Position numbers and translations under genes: made by a program
Source of the DNA: Fistulifera solaris
Taxonomy: Eukaryota
NCBI GenBank assembly: GCA_030295235.1
Contig: AP026123.1
Span: 372,001-436,000 of the forward strand
Direction: 5' to 3'
DNA length: 64,000 bases
Part shown: in pieces, positions 1 through 12,818 of the stretch
How the letters are laid out: every line of letters begins with the position of its first letter
Position numbering within the stretch: the stretch's first letter is position 1
The notes under the pieces: generated by a model
Database searches by the model: none
Told to the model about the DNA's origin: nothing
What the model saw: the letters and a program-made list of their open reading frames with translations, nothing else

Positions 1-2
1 AT

Positions 3-550
3 GGCAGCCGGGGACGAGGAAGTGGGGGCCGCTTTGGAGGAGGTAGAGATTGGAATGAAAGAAACGGTTCTTGGACTGCAGATGGTCACGGTCGCCGAGA
101 CGATGTAAGTAGAAGTTGGATTTTCCGGACGCTTGGATTTAGTTTGGGAACAATAAATTTTAGTAGATCTAGCTGGCTTGCTTTGTAGAAAAAAGCGTGC
201 GGTGGCAATGTTGAACGAGCGTGATATTATGCTTGTGCTAACAATTGATTGTTTTAATCTTGCAGCAAAACTTCGGCAACGAGAATGGCGCTCGTCCACC
301 GAAGAGGCCCCGCGCCGATTCAACTGAAGGCGGACCAGACGAACATTCGTCCACGACCTCGTCACATTTTCACGACCGTCACGATGACTATAGCGGAGGA
401 CGCAATTCTTACCGAGGCCGAGGACCACCTCGGGGAGGAGGCTACGGTGGACGCGGTCGTGGAGGTCGCGATGAATATGGCGGAGGTCGCGGTGGAAACT
501 TTCGAGGTAGAGGACGTGGTGGTTTTAGGGGAGGTAGAGGACGCTTTTAA
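3..550 (+). CDS. 3' part of an RGG/Gly-rich (RNA-binding-like) protein; gene begins upstream of the window; intron 105-265
   Basis: Exon 3-104 reads GSRGRGSGGRFGGG...RRDD; GTAAGT donor at 105, GCTAAC branch-like site, TGCAG acceptor at 265; in-frame RGG-rich exon to TAA 550. Confidence 0.7.
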
Positions 551-786
551 TAGCCTATGGAAATTGGCTCTAGCAATTCATTCTAGCCTTCTTTGCAAGC
601 AATAACATTCAAGTAGAAAGTCTAGCTAGTCGACCATCATGAAAGCAGGCAACTAGCGTAATAAAACAAAATACATAATCAGATCGTAATATACTTAACT
701 AGCTACATTTTTGCAATCAAGAGCACAAACAAGGAGGCCTTGAATTCGATTATTCAAGTGCAATATTTATTGAATTGCAAAAGGCT

Positions 787-2437
787 CTAGTTCGTCCCCT
801 TGTGTGACTGTGATGAAGGAACCGCTAAAAGCCCGTGAAACACATCTTTCTCAGCAAACAGCGAATCTGGTCGAACGAATGTCAGCGGTACTGTGGTTTT
901 CCCTTTTGTTGCTTTCGCTTGTTTCGTTCTTGTTCAAAGAGAGACTGATACGTATGAGCGAGAAAGTCGTCTAGATTGTAAAGAGGTGTAGAAAGCTCTT
1001 GTTCGCGGCCAACCGACTTTGCCAGAGTTGAAACGGCTGGATAGTAATGGCGTTCTAACGCACCAAGTTCCCACAAGCTCGATTGCAAAGCATTTGCCTC
1101 CTCTGGATCGTCGGTCTCCGCATCGAAGCCGTCCTTCCACTCGTCATCGTTCCGGTGTACCAAACAGGCCATCTCAGGACGCTTGCGGAGCAGATTGGAA
1201 CACAAGGCCAAAACGAACAGTACGCTCGGTACTGGTGCGACCAAGGTAGACCGAAGTAATCGCTTCACGAAAGCAGCCACTATGTGAGTGGGTAGCATTT
1301 CGTTTCGAGTGAGACATTTGTCCAGCAGTCGGAAAAAGCGCGTTCTATATTTGACGTAAAGCAAGCTGGGTGTAATCAGTCGATAGAGCTGCTTGTAGAA
1401 ATTCGGATACTCCAAGCCATGAGCTGTAATGAGGAGAAATAGACCATCTAGCGCCAGGACCGAAACGACGCCATTGTGATTATACGCCTCCATAAAGAAG
1501 TCGGAAAATCTTAGCGGATGTGGAACATGAGGTAAGACATTGCCAGGAAGGAATCGTAACGCTTTCTTTAGCGCTACGAGAGGAAGGTCAAGCTTCAGCA
1601 CAGCTAACCAAGCTTTCGACCAAGCCAGCCGATGGCAGCTTACTTTTGGAAAGTGAACATGGGTTTGATCGCTTTCGCAGCGGAAATTTTGGCGCGTTTT
1701 GCGGCTGGTTGTTCGTCTTCCGAGTCACTATCGGAACTGTCTTCACTCGCATCATTATAATCGATCGCTTCGGCTTCATCATTGCCATCATCCTGTGGTA
1801 CAGCATCCTCTGGAGGAACGAACAACAATCCGCCTTGACTGTCTAGATCCTTTTGCGACGTAGGGAGTTGCATCATTGTCAATATTTCGAGAATGCGTTC
1901 GGCTCTTTCGGCTATATCCTTTCCTTCTGTTTGTTGCCCGTAAAGCTCATGAGCACATCGCGCAATAGCAATCATAGTGTAATACTGTACGTCTCGATAA
2001 GGATTCAAGAATTCCGCCTGTAACATATTTCGAATCGTTTTGTCTTCCATGACGTCTGGCAGAAAGCTCATGGCGCGGATCCAGTCCAATAATAGATCAG
2101 TAGAGACAATATTGTGATCACCATTGGGAATCGGCGTTGTCGCCACGACACCCCAGATTGTTCGAATAGCAGTTCGCTTGCCTTGTGCAATGCGATCACA
2201 CAACTGTTTGATAAATACTTTGTGCTTTTGTTGAAGAAACTCTTTCCATTTCATTTGAACCGTACTGTTACTACTAATTGTCGCGTGCATGTCTGGCGTT
2301 CGCTGCGCAAATACTTTGCGCAATTCGTCCAAGCGAGCCGCATCGACGCGATCATCCGGCGATTCGATCAACAATTCTTTGATTTTCTTGGCAACTTCTG
2401 CCGTTTTGCTATTGTTGCTACCTTCTGCTGATACCAT
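787..2437 (-). CDS. NOC4: Nucleolar complex protein 4 (CBF/Mak21 domain), with two apparent 1-nt frameshifts (~1645, ~900)
   Basis: Motifs LALDGLFLLITAHGLEYPNFYKQLY, KYRTRFFRLLD, AAFVKRL, ALQSSLWEL; restoring one base in the run at ~1645 gives ...QKVSCHRLAWSKAWLAVLKL and joins ORFs 1640-2437 and 882-1601. Confidence 0.85.
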
Positions 2438-2774
2438 GATGTAGTAGTGTTATAAGAAACGGAATGCAATCGAATGAACCAGAATCTGCAACAAGGAAAA
2501 CGAAAATGGCAGAACACAAATCTTTCCAAGAAATCGGTGGGCGGGATGTTTACTTGTATGGGTTATGGAGGGTACATTCGCATTGACGTACTGAGGTCAG
2601 ACGATCTGGTGTTCATTAAACGTAAAACGACATCATACTGTATTTTCGTGTCGTTTCGAAACTCATTCGCCGCACTCACAACAACAACCAACCAATCGTT
2701 TTCGTCCTTTTCTTTCATTTCGAGCAACGATAACACTTCTCGTAAAATAAAGATAAATTCAATAAAATTCAAAG

Positions 2775-4227
2775 ATGAGAATAGTTACGGGCGACGAATG
2801 CGGTCTTCTCAAGGAATGTCTTCCGTCCTTGGCAAAGAAAAAAGTCCGCAAAGACTGTCGATGAGAGCAAAAGTCGAACATTATTGTCGACGAAGGCATT
2901 CGACGCATCAACAATGGAGAGCGATCCTGTCGACGAAGGGGAATAGTCGCCTTGACTTGGACAAATACGGAAGAAGACCGTGAATTTTCTTCTTTACATT
3001 TGGACGGGAGCGTGGAAGTATGGGAGAGAGGACACTTTGATGAAGATTTTGGAAATTACCGCTTCTCTCGAAAGTTTGATAACATATTCGGCGATGTGGT
3101 CGGGGATGGAGGCTTGGATCCTATGAAGAGACCTCTGGGATTTTCACAGTATTCTATTGAAGGAAAGAGTATGATTTGTGCTGCCAATACGGAAGGCAAA
3201 GTGGTGCTTTTGGACCCGACATTAGAGAACAACCAAACAGCGAATGCAGTTCGATCTTCGTTTACTGTCTTTCAAGGAAGCAACAATAAAAGCACAAAGT
3301 TGGGAGTAACGTACCCGCTAGCAAGCTCCATGTCCGTGGATGAGGCGAATCATTATGTCGCCATGGGAGGAAAGGAACGAGAAACCGTGCTCTGGGATCT
3401 TAACACGTCCCAACAGGTATGGAAGGCCAAAAATCTCCCTCCGGATGCACAAACGCTACTTCAACCACAAGTTTGGCCGACTGCTATCTCCTTTCTGAAA
3501 AATAGTGTCTTTTCGAATGCGGACGGCAATATAATGGCCGTTGGGAGCGCGCACAATGAAGTCCGCATATATGACATTCGAGTCAAAGACGCTCAAGCCA
3601 TCCGTCGCCCCTTTGCTGTCACACCCTTTGGATTGATTGAACACCGCGTCCACAGCGCTCTGTCAAAGCAACGCGCATACGTTGGTGGTAGGAGATGCGG
3701 CTGGCTATCTCAACGCCGGTCGACTTGGCGTAAGCTCGGAAAGAAGGCGCGCGTCAAAAGTCCATTACAACCACAGTTGGATCACAGGGCCGATTCGTGG
3801 GTCCGGTAGGTTCCGTTCAAAGCGTTGTGAAACACTATGATAGTCCTGTGATAGCAGCGGTAGGTTTGGATCGAATGTTACGAGTGTATGACAGCGAGAA
3901 CCGCAAAGAACTAGCTTGTATGTACTTGAAACAGCGATTGAAGTGTGTTCTAGTGGGTCGAGCGCATGGCTCGCGGGGACGACGATAGTATAGTGAGTGA
4001 AAATGAAGGGGACATCGACCAAGAAGATGTTGTTGACGACTATGTGGACTCTGATTTAGAAGGTTCCGTGAACGAGAACAACGAAGACGACGGCGGTGAC
4101 GATCATTCAGGAAGCCAAGACAGTCAAGAGCTTTCCGAGTGAAAGCGATATTGAGAGCGAAGAAAATTCGCCTGCTAGCGATGGCGAAGATGATGCACCA
4201 CCATCGGGTAAAAGGAGAAAACAATAG
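2775..4227 (+). CDS. NSA1: Ribosome biogenesis WD40 protein NSA1/WDR74, several apparent frameshifts, acidic C-terminal tail
   Basis: N-terminus MRIVTGDECGLLKE; GGKERETVLWDL..QQVWKAKN; VRIYDIR...RRP; GLDRMLRVYD...YLKQRLKCVL. Confidence 0.8.
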
Positions 4228-4370
4228 CGAGCTTGTCTTGATTTTGCTTGGTATTATTATTACTAGCCTGCGGCTAGCCTGCGGGGGCTTTTTTCTCGCC
4301 CTTCCCGCCAAGCGGGGCTCGATCCCCGGGGATAGCGTCACACCCGGGATTGAACAACCGGGACCGACGT

Positions 4371-4550
<180 letters not shown>

Positions 4551-4976
4551 CAGCGCGCGATTATAAATAGATAGATTTGTGAATCCAGATCTCTTTCCAG
4601 ACTCCTCCTAACCTTATACGGAGAAACACATATTAATGGTGTTTTTTTTAATCATAATACGGCATAACTGCAATTCACAATTCGCGAATGGACATCACAA
4701 CGTCAAAAGAACGAAAGATGAGATGAGAGATGAATCGTTTTGAATGTCTATGTTGGTGTTCCATAGCAATTGTAGGGAAATTTTTTCGACAAAGGGGAAA
4801 CCGGAGAGATGTTAAACATTACTACGTAGCACTTAGATGCCTTTTATCAGTTAATTTTTTAGTAGGAGGAACAAAGGATGGTAATGAAGTCGACATTGCT
4901 TTGTTGTGATGTCAATGGCGACGTTTTGTTTTTGTGAAAGGCATCGCGACAAACGAAACAATTGTGATTTGTGATT

Positions 4977-5274
4977 CATGACTACTGTACATTCCAGTCT
5001 TGGCTGGCGTAAACCAACACTCCGTTTCATAGTAGAAATTTATTGTGTCGATCCTTCGGATTTTCGACGTGAAAATAAAAGAAACTCTTAACAAGTAGTT
5101 GAGAGTCATCATTGTTGCAACTTTATTTACCCATAATTATAATTATAAGCGCAGTTGAATGACAATGGACGGATGCGAGAGACGCAAAACGGACCCTTTG
5201 TTGCTCGGTTCATGACTAAAGTACAATCCAGTCGTGGCTGGCGTAAACCAACACTCCGTTTCATAGTGAAATTT
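4977..5274. repeat. Pair of ~65-bp direct repeats (4977-5041, 5211-5274), 234 bp apart
   Basis: Identical 33-nt core tggctggcgtaaaccaacactccgtttcatagt at 5001 and 5235. Confidence 0.85.
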
Positions 5275-5707
5275 CAAGGATTCACAAAAAACGGCTAGAA
5301 TGTACTAGAGACTGTGACCCTTTTTAAAAATAAAAAAATTAGACCTACTTCGTGAGGTTCGTAGACTAGACCATTGACTTAGAATCAAAGCATAGAAATA
5401 ATGAGGAAGATGTAAGGCATCGAAAGTCTACGCGTTTTACGCCTAGGTCTCGACGTAGGCAGCAGACTACAGTTTGCGCTATAGTAAGTACCAAGGAATC
5501 AGGAAAGTGGGAATAATCTCAAGCTCAAACATTTTGTTGAAGTTCCGTATTCCGTTTCACGTCGAGGTTGAAGTCGGCGCGCCGATGAGCGCAAAGTGCG
5601 TGTTTTCGGTCCTCCGTTCTGCGCATGATGGATCCTTTTTCCTTTAATGCTCTTCAGAAGTCGTTGCAAGAGATAAAGCACTTATATGATAGACAACCGA
5701 AACAGCC

Positions 5708-6970
5708 ATGCGATTCGTTCTTGTTGCTTCTTTGTTGGCGACTGCCAGCGGTTTCACGGTTCCTTCTTGGACGCAAACCAGTCAACAAAAGACAGGTCTT
5801 TCGTTACTCCCCAAGCAAGCCGAGCAGGCCTCATTTTATCCATTCGAGGACTCCAAGTCCGCTCTCCAACAAGCCAAAGGTTCCACGGAAAAGGATGGAA
5901 AAGTCCGTCAGCTTTTGGGACTTCGTGGTGCTTCGGAAGAGACTGATATCTGGAAGATCCGACTGCAGCTCACCAAACCGGTGACATGGGTCCCTCTTGT
6001 TTGGGGTGTCATGTGCGGCGCAGCCGCTTCGGGGAATTATCACTGGATGTGGAATCCGTTCGATCCGAATGATCGCGATATTGCTTTAGGCGCGGAAGAT
6101 GCCCTGAAAGGCTTTGTTGCTATGATCCTAGCCGGTCCATTCTTGACTGGATACACTCAGACGATTAATGATTGGTATGATCGAGAGATTGATGCCATCA
6201 ATGAACCGTATCGTCCTATTCCCTCTGGTGCTATTTCAGAAGGAGAAGTTATTTTTCAGATTTGGTTTCTTTTGCTTGGAGGTTTGGGTATTGCGTACGG
6301 ATTGGATGTTTGGGCTGGTCATGATGTGCCGACCGTACTGCTCCTCAGTATCTTTGGTTCCTTTATCTCCTACATTTATTCCGCGCCGCCACTCAAATTG
6401 AAGCAAAATGGATGGGCTGGAAATTATGCGTTGGGTGCGTCGTACATTTCTTTGCCCTGGTGGTGTGGTCAAGCCGTATTTGGCGAACTCGATCGTCCCG
6501 TCTACTTCATTCTGTGAGTTAAAAAAATGTTCTTCTTTCGCTGATGATGCTTATCTGAAATGAACTTTACCACTGACTTTTTCTGGCTTCCACTTGACAG
6601 TCCGATCCTTTACTCGATTGCTGGATTAGGTATCGCGATTGTGAATGATTTCAAGTCGATTGAAGGAGACCGTGCTTTGGGTTTGCAATCTCTTCCTGTT
6701 GCCTTTGGCGTAGATACGGCGAAATGGATCTGCGCTTCTACGGTGACTTTGACACAGCTAGGAGTAGCTGCTTACCTTTTCAGCTTGAACGAGCCTCTGT
6801 ATGCAGGAATCCTTTTGGCCTTGATTTTGCCGCAAATGTATTTCCAAGCTACTCTCTTATTGCCGGATCCCATTCAAAACGATGTAAAATACCAAGCGTC
6901 GGCCCAACCTTTCCTTGTGTTCGGAATCCTTGCCACTGCTCTTTGTATCGGACATCACGATTTCGCATAA
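5708..6970 (+). CDS. chlG: Chlorophyll synthase (UbiA prenyltransferase family), plastid-targeted; intron 6514-6600
   Basis: IRLQLTKPVTW, GYTQTINDWYDREIDAINEPYRPIPSG, IVNDFKSIEGDR; presequence MRFVLVASLLATASG-F; GT..AG intron joins the two ORFs in frame. Confidence 0.96.
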
Positions 6971-7017
6971 AATTACGGCAAGAATGTAAAATCTAGAGAG
7001 GATGAATAAAGCTAGAT

Positions 7018-9092
7018 CTATGCAAAACTACGTAAATACTCATCAATGCCTCCGTCGACCCGCCGTAGCTTGCCTTCGTCGCCAATCAATGCGTAGCATT
7101 TTGCATTTACGGCACGGATAAAGCTGGTGTCGTGACTGACCATTACTACCGTACCATTCCAGTGATTCAGTCCGTGGCACAGCGCTTCGACGCTTTCTAC
7201 ATCAAAGTTTGCGGTCGGCTCGTCCAGAAACAGTAACTGTGGCGATTCAAGAAACGCTCCCGATAGAAACAGCCGACATCGTTCCCCGCCACTAAGATAC
7301 TTTACATTTGTTGTGGCTTGCTGAGGGCCTAATCCAAACGAGGTTAGCGAGCCTCGAATGTCTTGCTCGTTCAGCGTTGGGAATCGTTTTGCGAGGAACG
7401 AAATGCAGTTATGCTCTTCGCTAGTCAAGGGATTTATTACGGAGTCCACGTGTTCCTGATCTAGAAAAGCCACGTCGACATTAAGGGCGTGTTTCACCGA
7501 TCCTTCGCTGGGCTTCTCTAACTTGGCAAGGAGACGAAGCAATGTGGATTTCCCACTGCCTGATTCTCCCAGAATACAATAGCGTTGCCCTTCTTCGGCA
7601 CAAAAATCGACGCAGTCGAATATCATGCCGTCCCTTTTGGTCGCGATAAACGTGTTGGCTGGCGCGTTTGCCTCGTCTCTTTTCGGCGGAACGATCGGCA
7701 TCGATGGATTGTCGTATGCATGTCCTACATCTGTCGCCACGATTAACGGTTCATTCCATCGACTCGTCACATGTTTGAAAATAAATTGCACTGCTTTGTC
7801 AGGGAGGGAGGAGCGATGGACTTTTTCGTCATGTCCAAAAGTTGAGTCGTCGACAAAGCGCGACGAGTCGATGCATCCAAGGCATTGATGGATCCTGTCT
7901 TGATACCCGATCCAGCACTTTGGTTTGTTCTGTGATGTCCGTGCTCATCTTTATCGATTCCAGCCTTTTCAATCTTCCGCCGAACCACTGCTGCCTTGTT
8001 GTTCTTGCTGCGTTTCGGTTTGGCTTGCTTCTTCACATTTTCTAGAGTTTTGAGCATATGATCTCTCTTCTTTTCGAGGGTGATCAATTGTCGAATGGCA
8101 TGTAAATCGTTTTGTCGTCTGTATATTCGATATGATGAGTAGTTTCCCGGGTAGTACAACAAATTCTTTTCGAAGAAATCGATAATGTAGTCGGCAACGT
8201 CGTCCATAAGATCGTGATCGTGCGATACCATTAAAGTCGTAGTTTGATTTCTGGTGCTAACGAGTTCGATGAGATCCCGGAGCATGAGTAGACCCTGAAT
8301 ATCCAGACCGTTGGTTGGTTCATCGAGGAGTAACAAATTCGACTGGCACACAAGGGGAATTGCTAAAATTGCTCGTTTTCTCAAACCCGGTGACAGTGCA
8401 GACAAAGGAAGTGTCCAAAGTGTAGCGTCATGTAGTCCAACAAAAGAAAGAGCTTCCTTCATATTCTTTTCAAACTCGACTTCTGCTTTTTTCATGTTAT
8501 CTTCCAGACGGGCCATTTTGTCAGCAATCTCTTCCACAGCTGCTTGATCCTCTTCCGAACTCATGTCTAGTTTTTCCATCTCAGCTTCAAGCAAGGTAAT
8601 TTCTTTCTCAGTGGATGAAATCGACCTCTGAGAATAATGTTTTAGTATTTCGATAGTCGTTTTCTGTGCGGCGTCCTCGATTTCCAGCGATTGGATTTCT
8701 TGCGGCAGAAACAACGTCGAAATATGCGGAGGAAAGCCCGGAATAAGACCGGCTTGGACCCGTTTGAGTAGCGTCGACTTGCCACTGGCGTTTCGTCCTA
8801 TCAACACATACACTTGCGCCGCCAGCAGCTTGAGAACAGCATCCTCCAACAAGATACGACCTGATCCTTGATTCGAGTTGCTCACATATTCGAGCCGCAC
8901 ACCATCTACCAGAATATCTTTGGACTGAAACGTCCGACGAGATATCCCTCGACCGCCTTGTCCTCTTCCGCTCCAACTAATTTTCCCGTCATGGAGGGCG
9001 CTTTTGCAAAGGGCTTGTTGCCATGCGGTGGCGTAAGTATCGGTATCATTCAACGATTCGAGCTGCGATTGCAGGACGGAAGCTGCGGGCAT
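7018..9092 (-). CDS. ABC-F family ATPase (two ABC domains, no TM), one apparent frameshift ~7805
   Basis: GRNASGKST / LSPG / LLLLDEPTN / VSHD and GESGSGKST / LSGGE / LFLDEPT / VSHD; YPGNYSSY linker. Confidence 0.88.
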
Positions 9093-9874
9093 TTGGTCGA
9101 GCAGAATGTAAGCGATTCAACTACAAGGTGCTTCACTTATTGATGTAGCAAATGGGTTGGTTTTAAAGGGCGTCAGCAATGCGTTCTTTGTTTGCATCAT
9201 CATCAATAATCAATAAGAAATCATCGTTGCGATGAGCAAGATGAGGATCATTGTCTCCCATTTTTTACTATGGCCCAATGTGTTGGTTCTCTAGAATATA
9301 TTGCGACGACTGCATTTCAATCAAAAAAATCATCACGATTTCTTCCGACCCAGCTGCGGTTGAATCCCCGTTCCTTCGACTCATTTTGATGAGTTGAGTT
9401 TCTCTCATCATGAAGCAATAGCTATCAGCAGCATTGACAAAGCAAGCCTTGATTCATTAAAATAAAGTTTCTTCAATCGTTGTTGTCATCCGTTTTTACT
9501 ATAGACCCAAAGTGGTAGCGACCTTTACCACGACTGCATTCTTCAGTCATGAATCGATCCAAAAGGTTTCCGGTAATAACCTTAACCTTAAAAAAGTCGT
9601 TCGTCTTCAACGCGATCATGTACGACTGACTTTCATTCATGAACCATTAAATACGAGGAGTATCAAGTACTGTATCAATGAACATTTACAGTTTACGATG
9701 TCAGTAATTGCTAGCTTCAACAACTGAATTCCTTTTCCAGTAAGCAAACTAATGGTTAAAAGCTCGGTCGATGTGTTTGCACCACAATTAACTTTGTAGG
9801 GCCCGCTTAAAGTTAACAGAGTTTACTGTCAAAACATGATTTTACCATTTGCGTCTTTTTGTCGATCAAATCGA

Positions 9875-10914
9875 CTACGGTAGCTCTCTTCGTGGACCAG
9901 GCAAGTACGAGGGACGATTGGCTGTCACTTTGATGCGTCGTTGCTCAAAATCAAGGTCCGATACCCAAATTCGCACGCGATCTCCAACCTTCATAAACTC
10001 ACTTGGATGCGAACCTTTCGACCAGCCAAACGCAGGATGGTCCATGAAGTGTAGGAAAGCATCCACTTCTGCGCCCACCTCCACATAAGCTCCAAAGTCG
10101 GTGATGCGTTTGAATTCGCCCCACAATTCGTCATCAACTTGTATATCCACAAGAGGAATCCGATTCTTTGCAAAATCGTCACTGGTCTCTTCTCTCAAAA
10201 TGTCTTCCGGCAACATTGACAAATGTAACTTCTTCTTTTCCGGACTTATAGAACGAACGCGGACTGTCACTTCATCGCCCGGTGTCAAAATCTGTTTTGG
10301 GTGTTCCACAAAGACGTCTCTACTTATTTGAGAAACGTGCAAGAGACCGTCGCATTCGGTTCCAATGTCAATATAAGCACCAAACTTTGTAAGAGAAATC
10401 ACTATACCCGTCACTTCCATACCAGGAATCAACGCTGTCAAGGGTGTTCGATCATCGAAAGGTAATGGACGCTGTACTTTTGAAGCCCGTTTCTTTTCTC
10501 GCTGTTGCTCTTTGACGAACATCATCATCCCTGTGTTTTCGCAGAAAAATAAAGTGAGGCTATGTTGACGATCTTAACTTCGAGTACTTGCCTAGAGTTT
10601 GACTTACGTCGTTTTTTGGTTTGATCCGATTCTCGTTTCTTCTTATTGACAATGGCGCGTTCTTGTCCAGCTTTCACCAGACGCTCTTTTACTCTCGGGT
10701 TGAGTGAATCCCAGCGCGAGCTTTTGATTTTCTCTTCCACTGGTTGTGTCGGTTGGTCTTCGTCATCGTCGGTCCAAAGTACGCTTATATCAGCATCGGT
10801 CGCTTGTAATGCCCGCAGTGTGGAAGGCGTCAATCGGTGTCTACAACATGGTGTGAAGGCACGGACTTGTGAGTGCGCCAGAAGTAGGCAAACAATAAAA
10901 AAGATATTCAGCAT
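9875..10914 (-). CDS. Plastid-targeted protein with two S1 RNA-binding domains; intron 10531-10607
   Basis: Signal peptide ...QVRA-FTP; S1 motifs GIVISLTKFGAYIDIG..DGLLHVSQI and KRITDFGAYVEVG..DAFLH; GTAAGT/CAG intron in frame. Confidence 0.85.
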
Positions 10915-11081
10915 AGCTCGTAAATAGAATGTTAGTGAATTGTTTTATTTGTATCTCAGCAACTCGGCTGACTTCTTGTTCTGCGATACAAGTAGATGAG
11001 GAAGAATTTTTGATGGTTGCGATTGTGCGTGACGGCTGGCTGTCCGTCTGTACACTGTACGTTTTCCATCAAACGACAAAA

Positions 11082-12690
11082 ACAGAATTTCTGGACCACA
11101 ACAGAATTTCTGTATTACCATAAACAACATATTCCAGAATTTCTGGAACGCCCACTTTCTTTCGTTCTGATCAAAATCACACTTTCCAGAATTACTGGAG
11201 CGTGCACAACAGATCGCCATGACACAAAGCACCGTGCCCGGTATTTCTGGAACGTGCACAGCAGTTCGGTTGGATCGAAAAAAACTGGTCCAGAATTTCT
11301 GGACCACAACAGAATTTCTGTATTACCATAAACAACATATTCCAGAATTTCTGGAACGCCCACTTTCTTTCGTTCTGATCAAAATCACACTTTCCAGAAT
11401 TACTGGAGTGTGCACAACAGATCGTCATGACACAAAGCACCGTGTCCAGTATTTCTGGAACGTGCACAGCAGTTCGGTTGGATCGAAAAAAACTGGTCCA
11501 GAATTTCTGGACCACAACAGAATTTCTGTATTACCATAAACAACATATTCCAGAATTTCTGGAACGCCCACTTTCTTTCGTTCTGATCAAAATCACACTT
11601 TCCAGAATTACTGGAGTGTGCACAACAGATCGTCATGACACAAAGCACCGTGTCCAGTATTTCTGGAACGTGCACAGCAGTTTGGTAGGATCGAAAAAAC
11701 TGGTCCAGAATTTCTGGACCACAACAGAATTTCTGTATTACCATAAACAACATATTCCAGAATTTCTGGAACGCCCACTTTCTTTCGTTCTGATCAAAAT
11801 CACACTTTCCAGAATTACTGGAGCGTGCACAACAGATCGCCATGACACAAAGCACCGTGCCCGGTATTTCTGGAACGTGCACAGCAGTTCGGTTGGATCG
11901 AAAAAACTGGTCCAGAATTTCTGGACCACAACAGAATTTCTGTATTACCATAAACAACATATTCCAGAATTTCTGGAACGCCCACTTTCTTTCGTTCTGA
12001 TCAAAATCACACTTTCCAGAATTACTGGAGCGTGCACAACAGTTCGACATGACACAAAGCACCGTGTCCAGTATTTCTGGAACGTGCACAGCAGTTCGGT
12101 TGGATCGAAAAAACTGGTCCAGAATTTCTGGACCACAACAGAATTTCTGTATTACCATAAACAACATATTCCAGAATTTCTGGAACGCCCACTTTCTTTC
12201 GTTCTGATCAAAATCACACTTTCCAGAATTACTGGAGTGTGCACAACCGATCGTCATGACACAAAGCACCGTGTCCAGTTTTCTGGAACGTGCACAGCAG
12301 TTCGGTAGGATCGAAAAAACTGGCCCAAAATTTCTGGACCACAACAGAATTTCTGTATTACCATAAATAACAATTACCAGAATTTCTGGAACTACCACAA
12401 AATCTTTGTATGAATCGGAATACCAATTCCAAAATTTCTGGAACGGCCACATAATCTCCGTAGGAACCAAGACACCGATTCCAGAATTTCTGGAATGACC
12501 ACAGATTCTCTTATTGATCCAAAAATTGGACCGAATCTCTGTACGACCCGAAACGACTAATCCAGAATTTCTGGAACTTGCACAGTATCTCTGCAGGACC
12601 CAAGACCAAAACTCTTGTTCCAGAATTTCTGGAATGTTACAACTACACAAATTCTCTGCATGACTCGATACATCAATTCCAGAATTTCTA
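11082..12690. repeat. Tandem satellite, unit 206-208 bp, six near-identical units plus degenerate right flank; built from CCAGAATTTCTGG palindromic sub-repeats
   Basis: ctggaccaca recurs at 11091, 11299, 11507, 11714, 11921, 12128, 12334. Confidence 0.95.
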
Positions 12691-12818
12691 CAATTTGAAG
12701 CTGATAGAGGTTTTTAGTTAGCCTTCTCTGGCCATAAGTGGCTTATCAATCATTTAGCAACTTCTATGCAATCAGTCTTCTCTACATTATAGAGCAAGAC
12801 GCAAACAACGAGGGTGGG

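Noticed and set aside
1630..1660. Programmed ribosomal frameshifting (Euplotes-like) at CAA AAG TAA and other sites
   Set aside because: Shifts occur in both directions, in A, T, C and G runs, without a shared motif; sequencing error is simpler.
9140..9560. Weak duplicated words upstream of ABCF (tttttactat..cccaa.gtg..cgactgcatt)
   Set aside because: Too short and degenerate to define a feature.
10945..12650. Long repetitive ORFs in the 207-bp satellite (up to 416 aa)
   Set aside because: The 207-bp unit is a multiple of 3 by chance; 208- and 206-bp units break the frame; no domain recognised.
11082..12690. CRISPR-like array or heat-shock elements
   Set aside because: Spacers are repeated, not unique; no cas genes; eukaryotic context. 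The GAA-T-TTC spacing breaks the nGAAnnTTCn HSE register.
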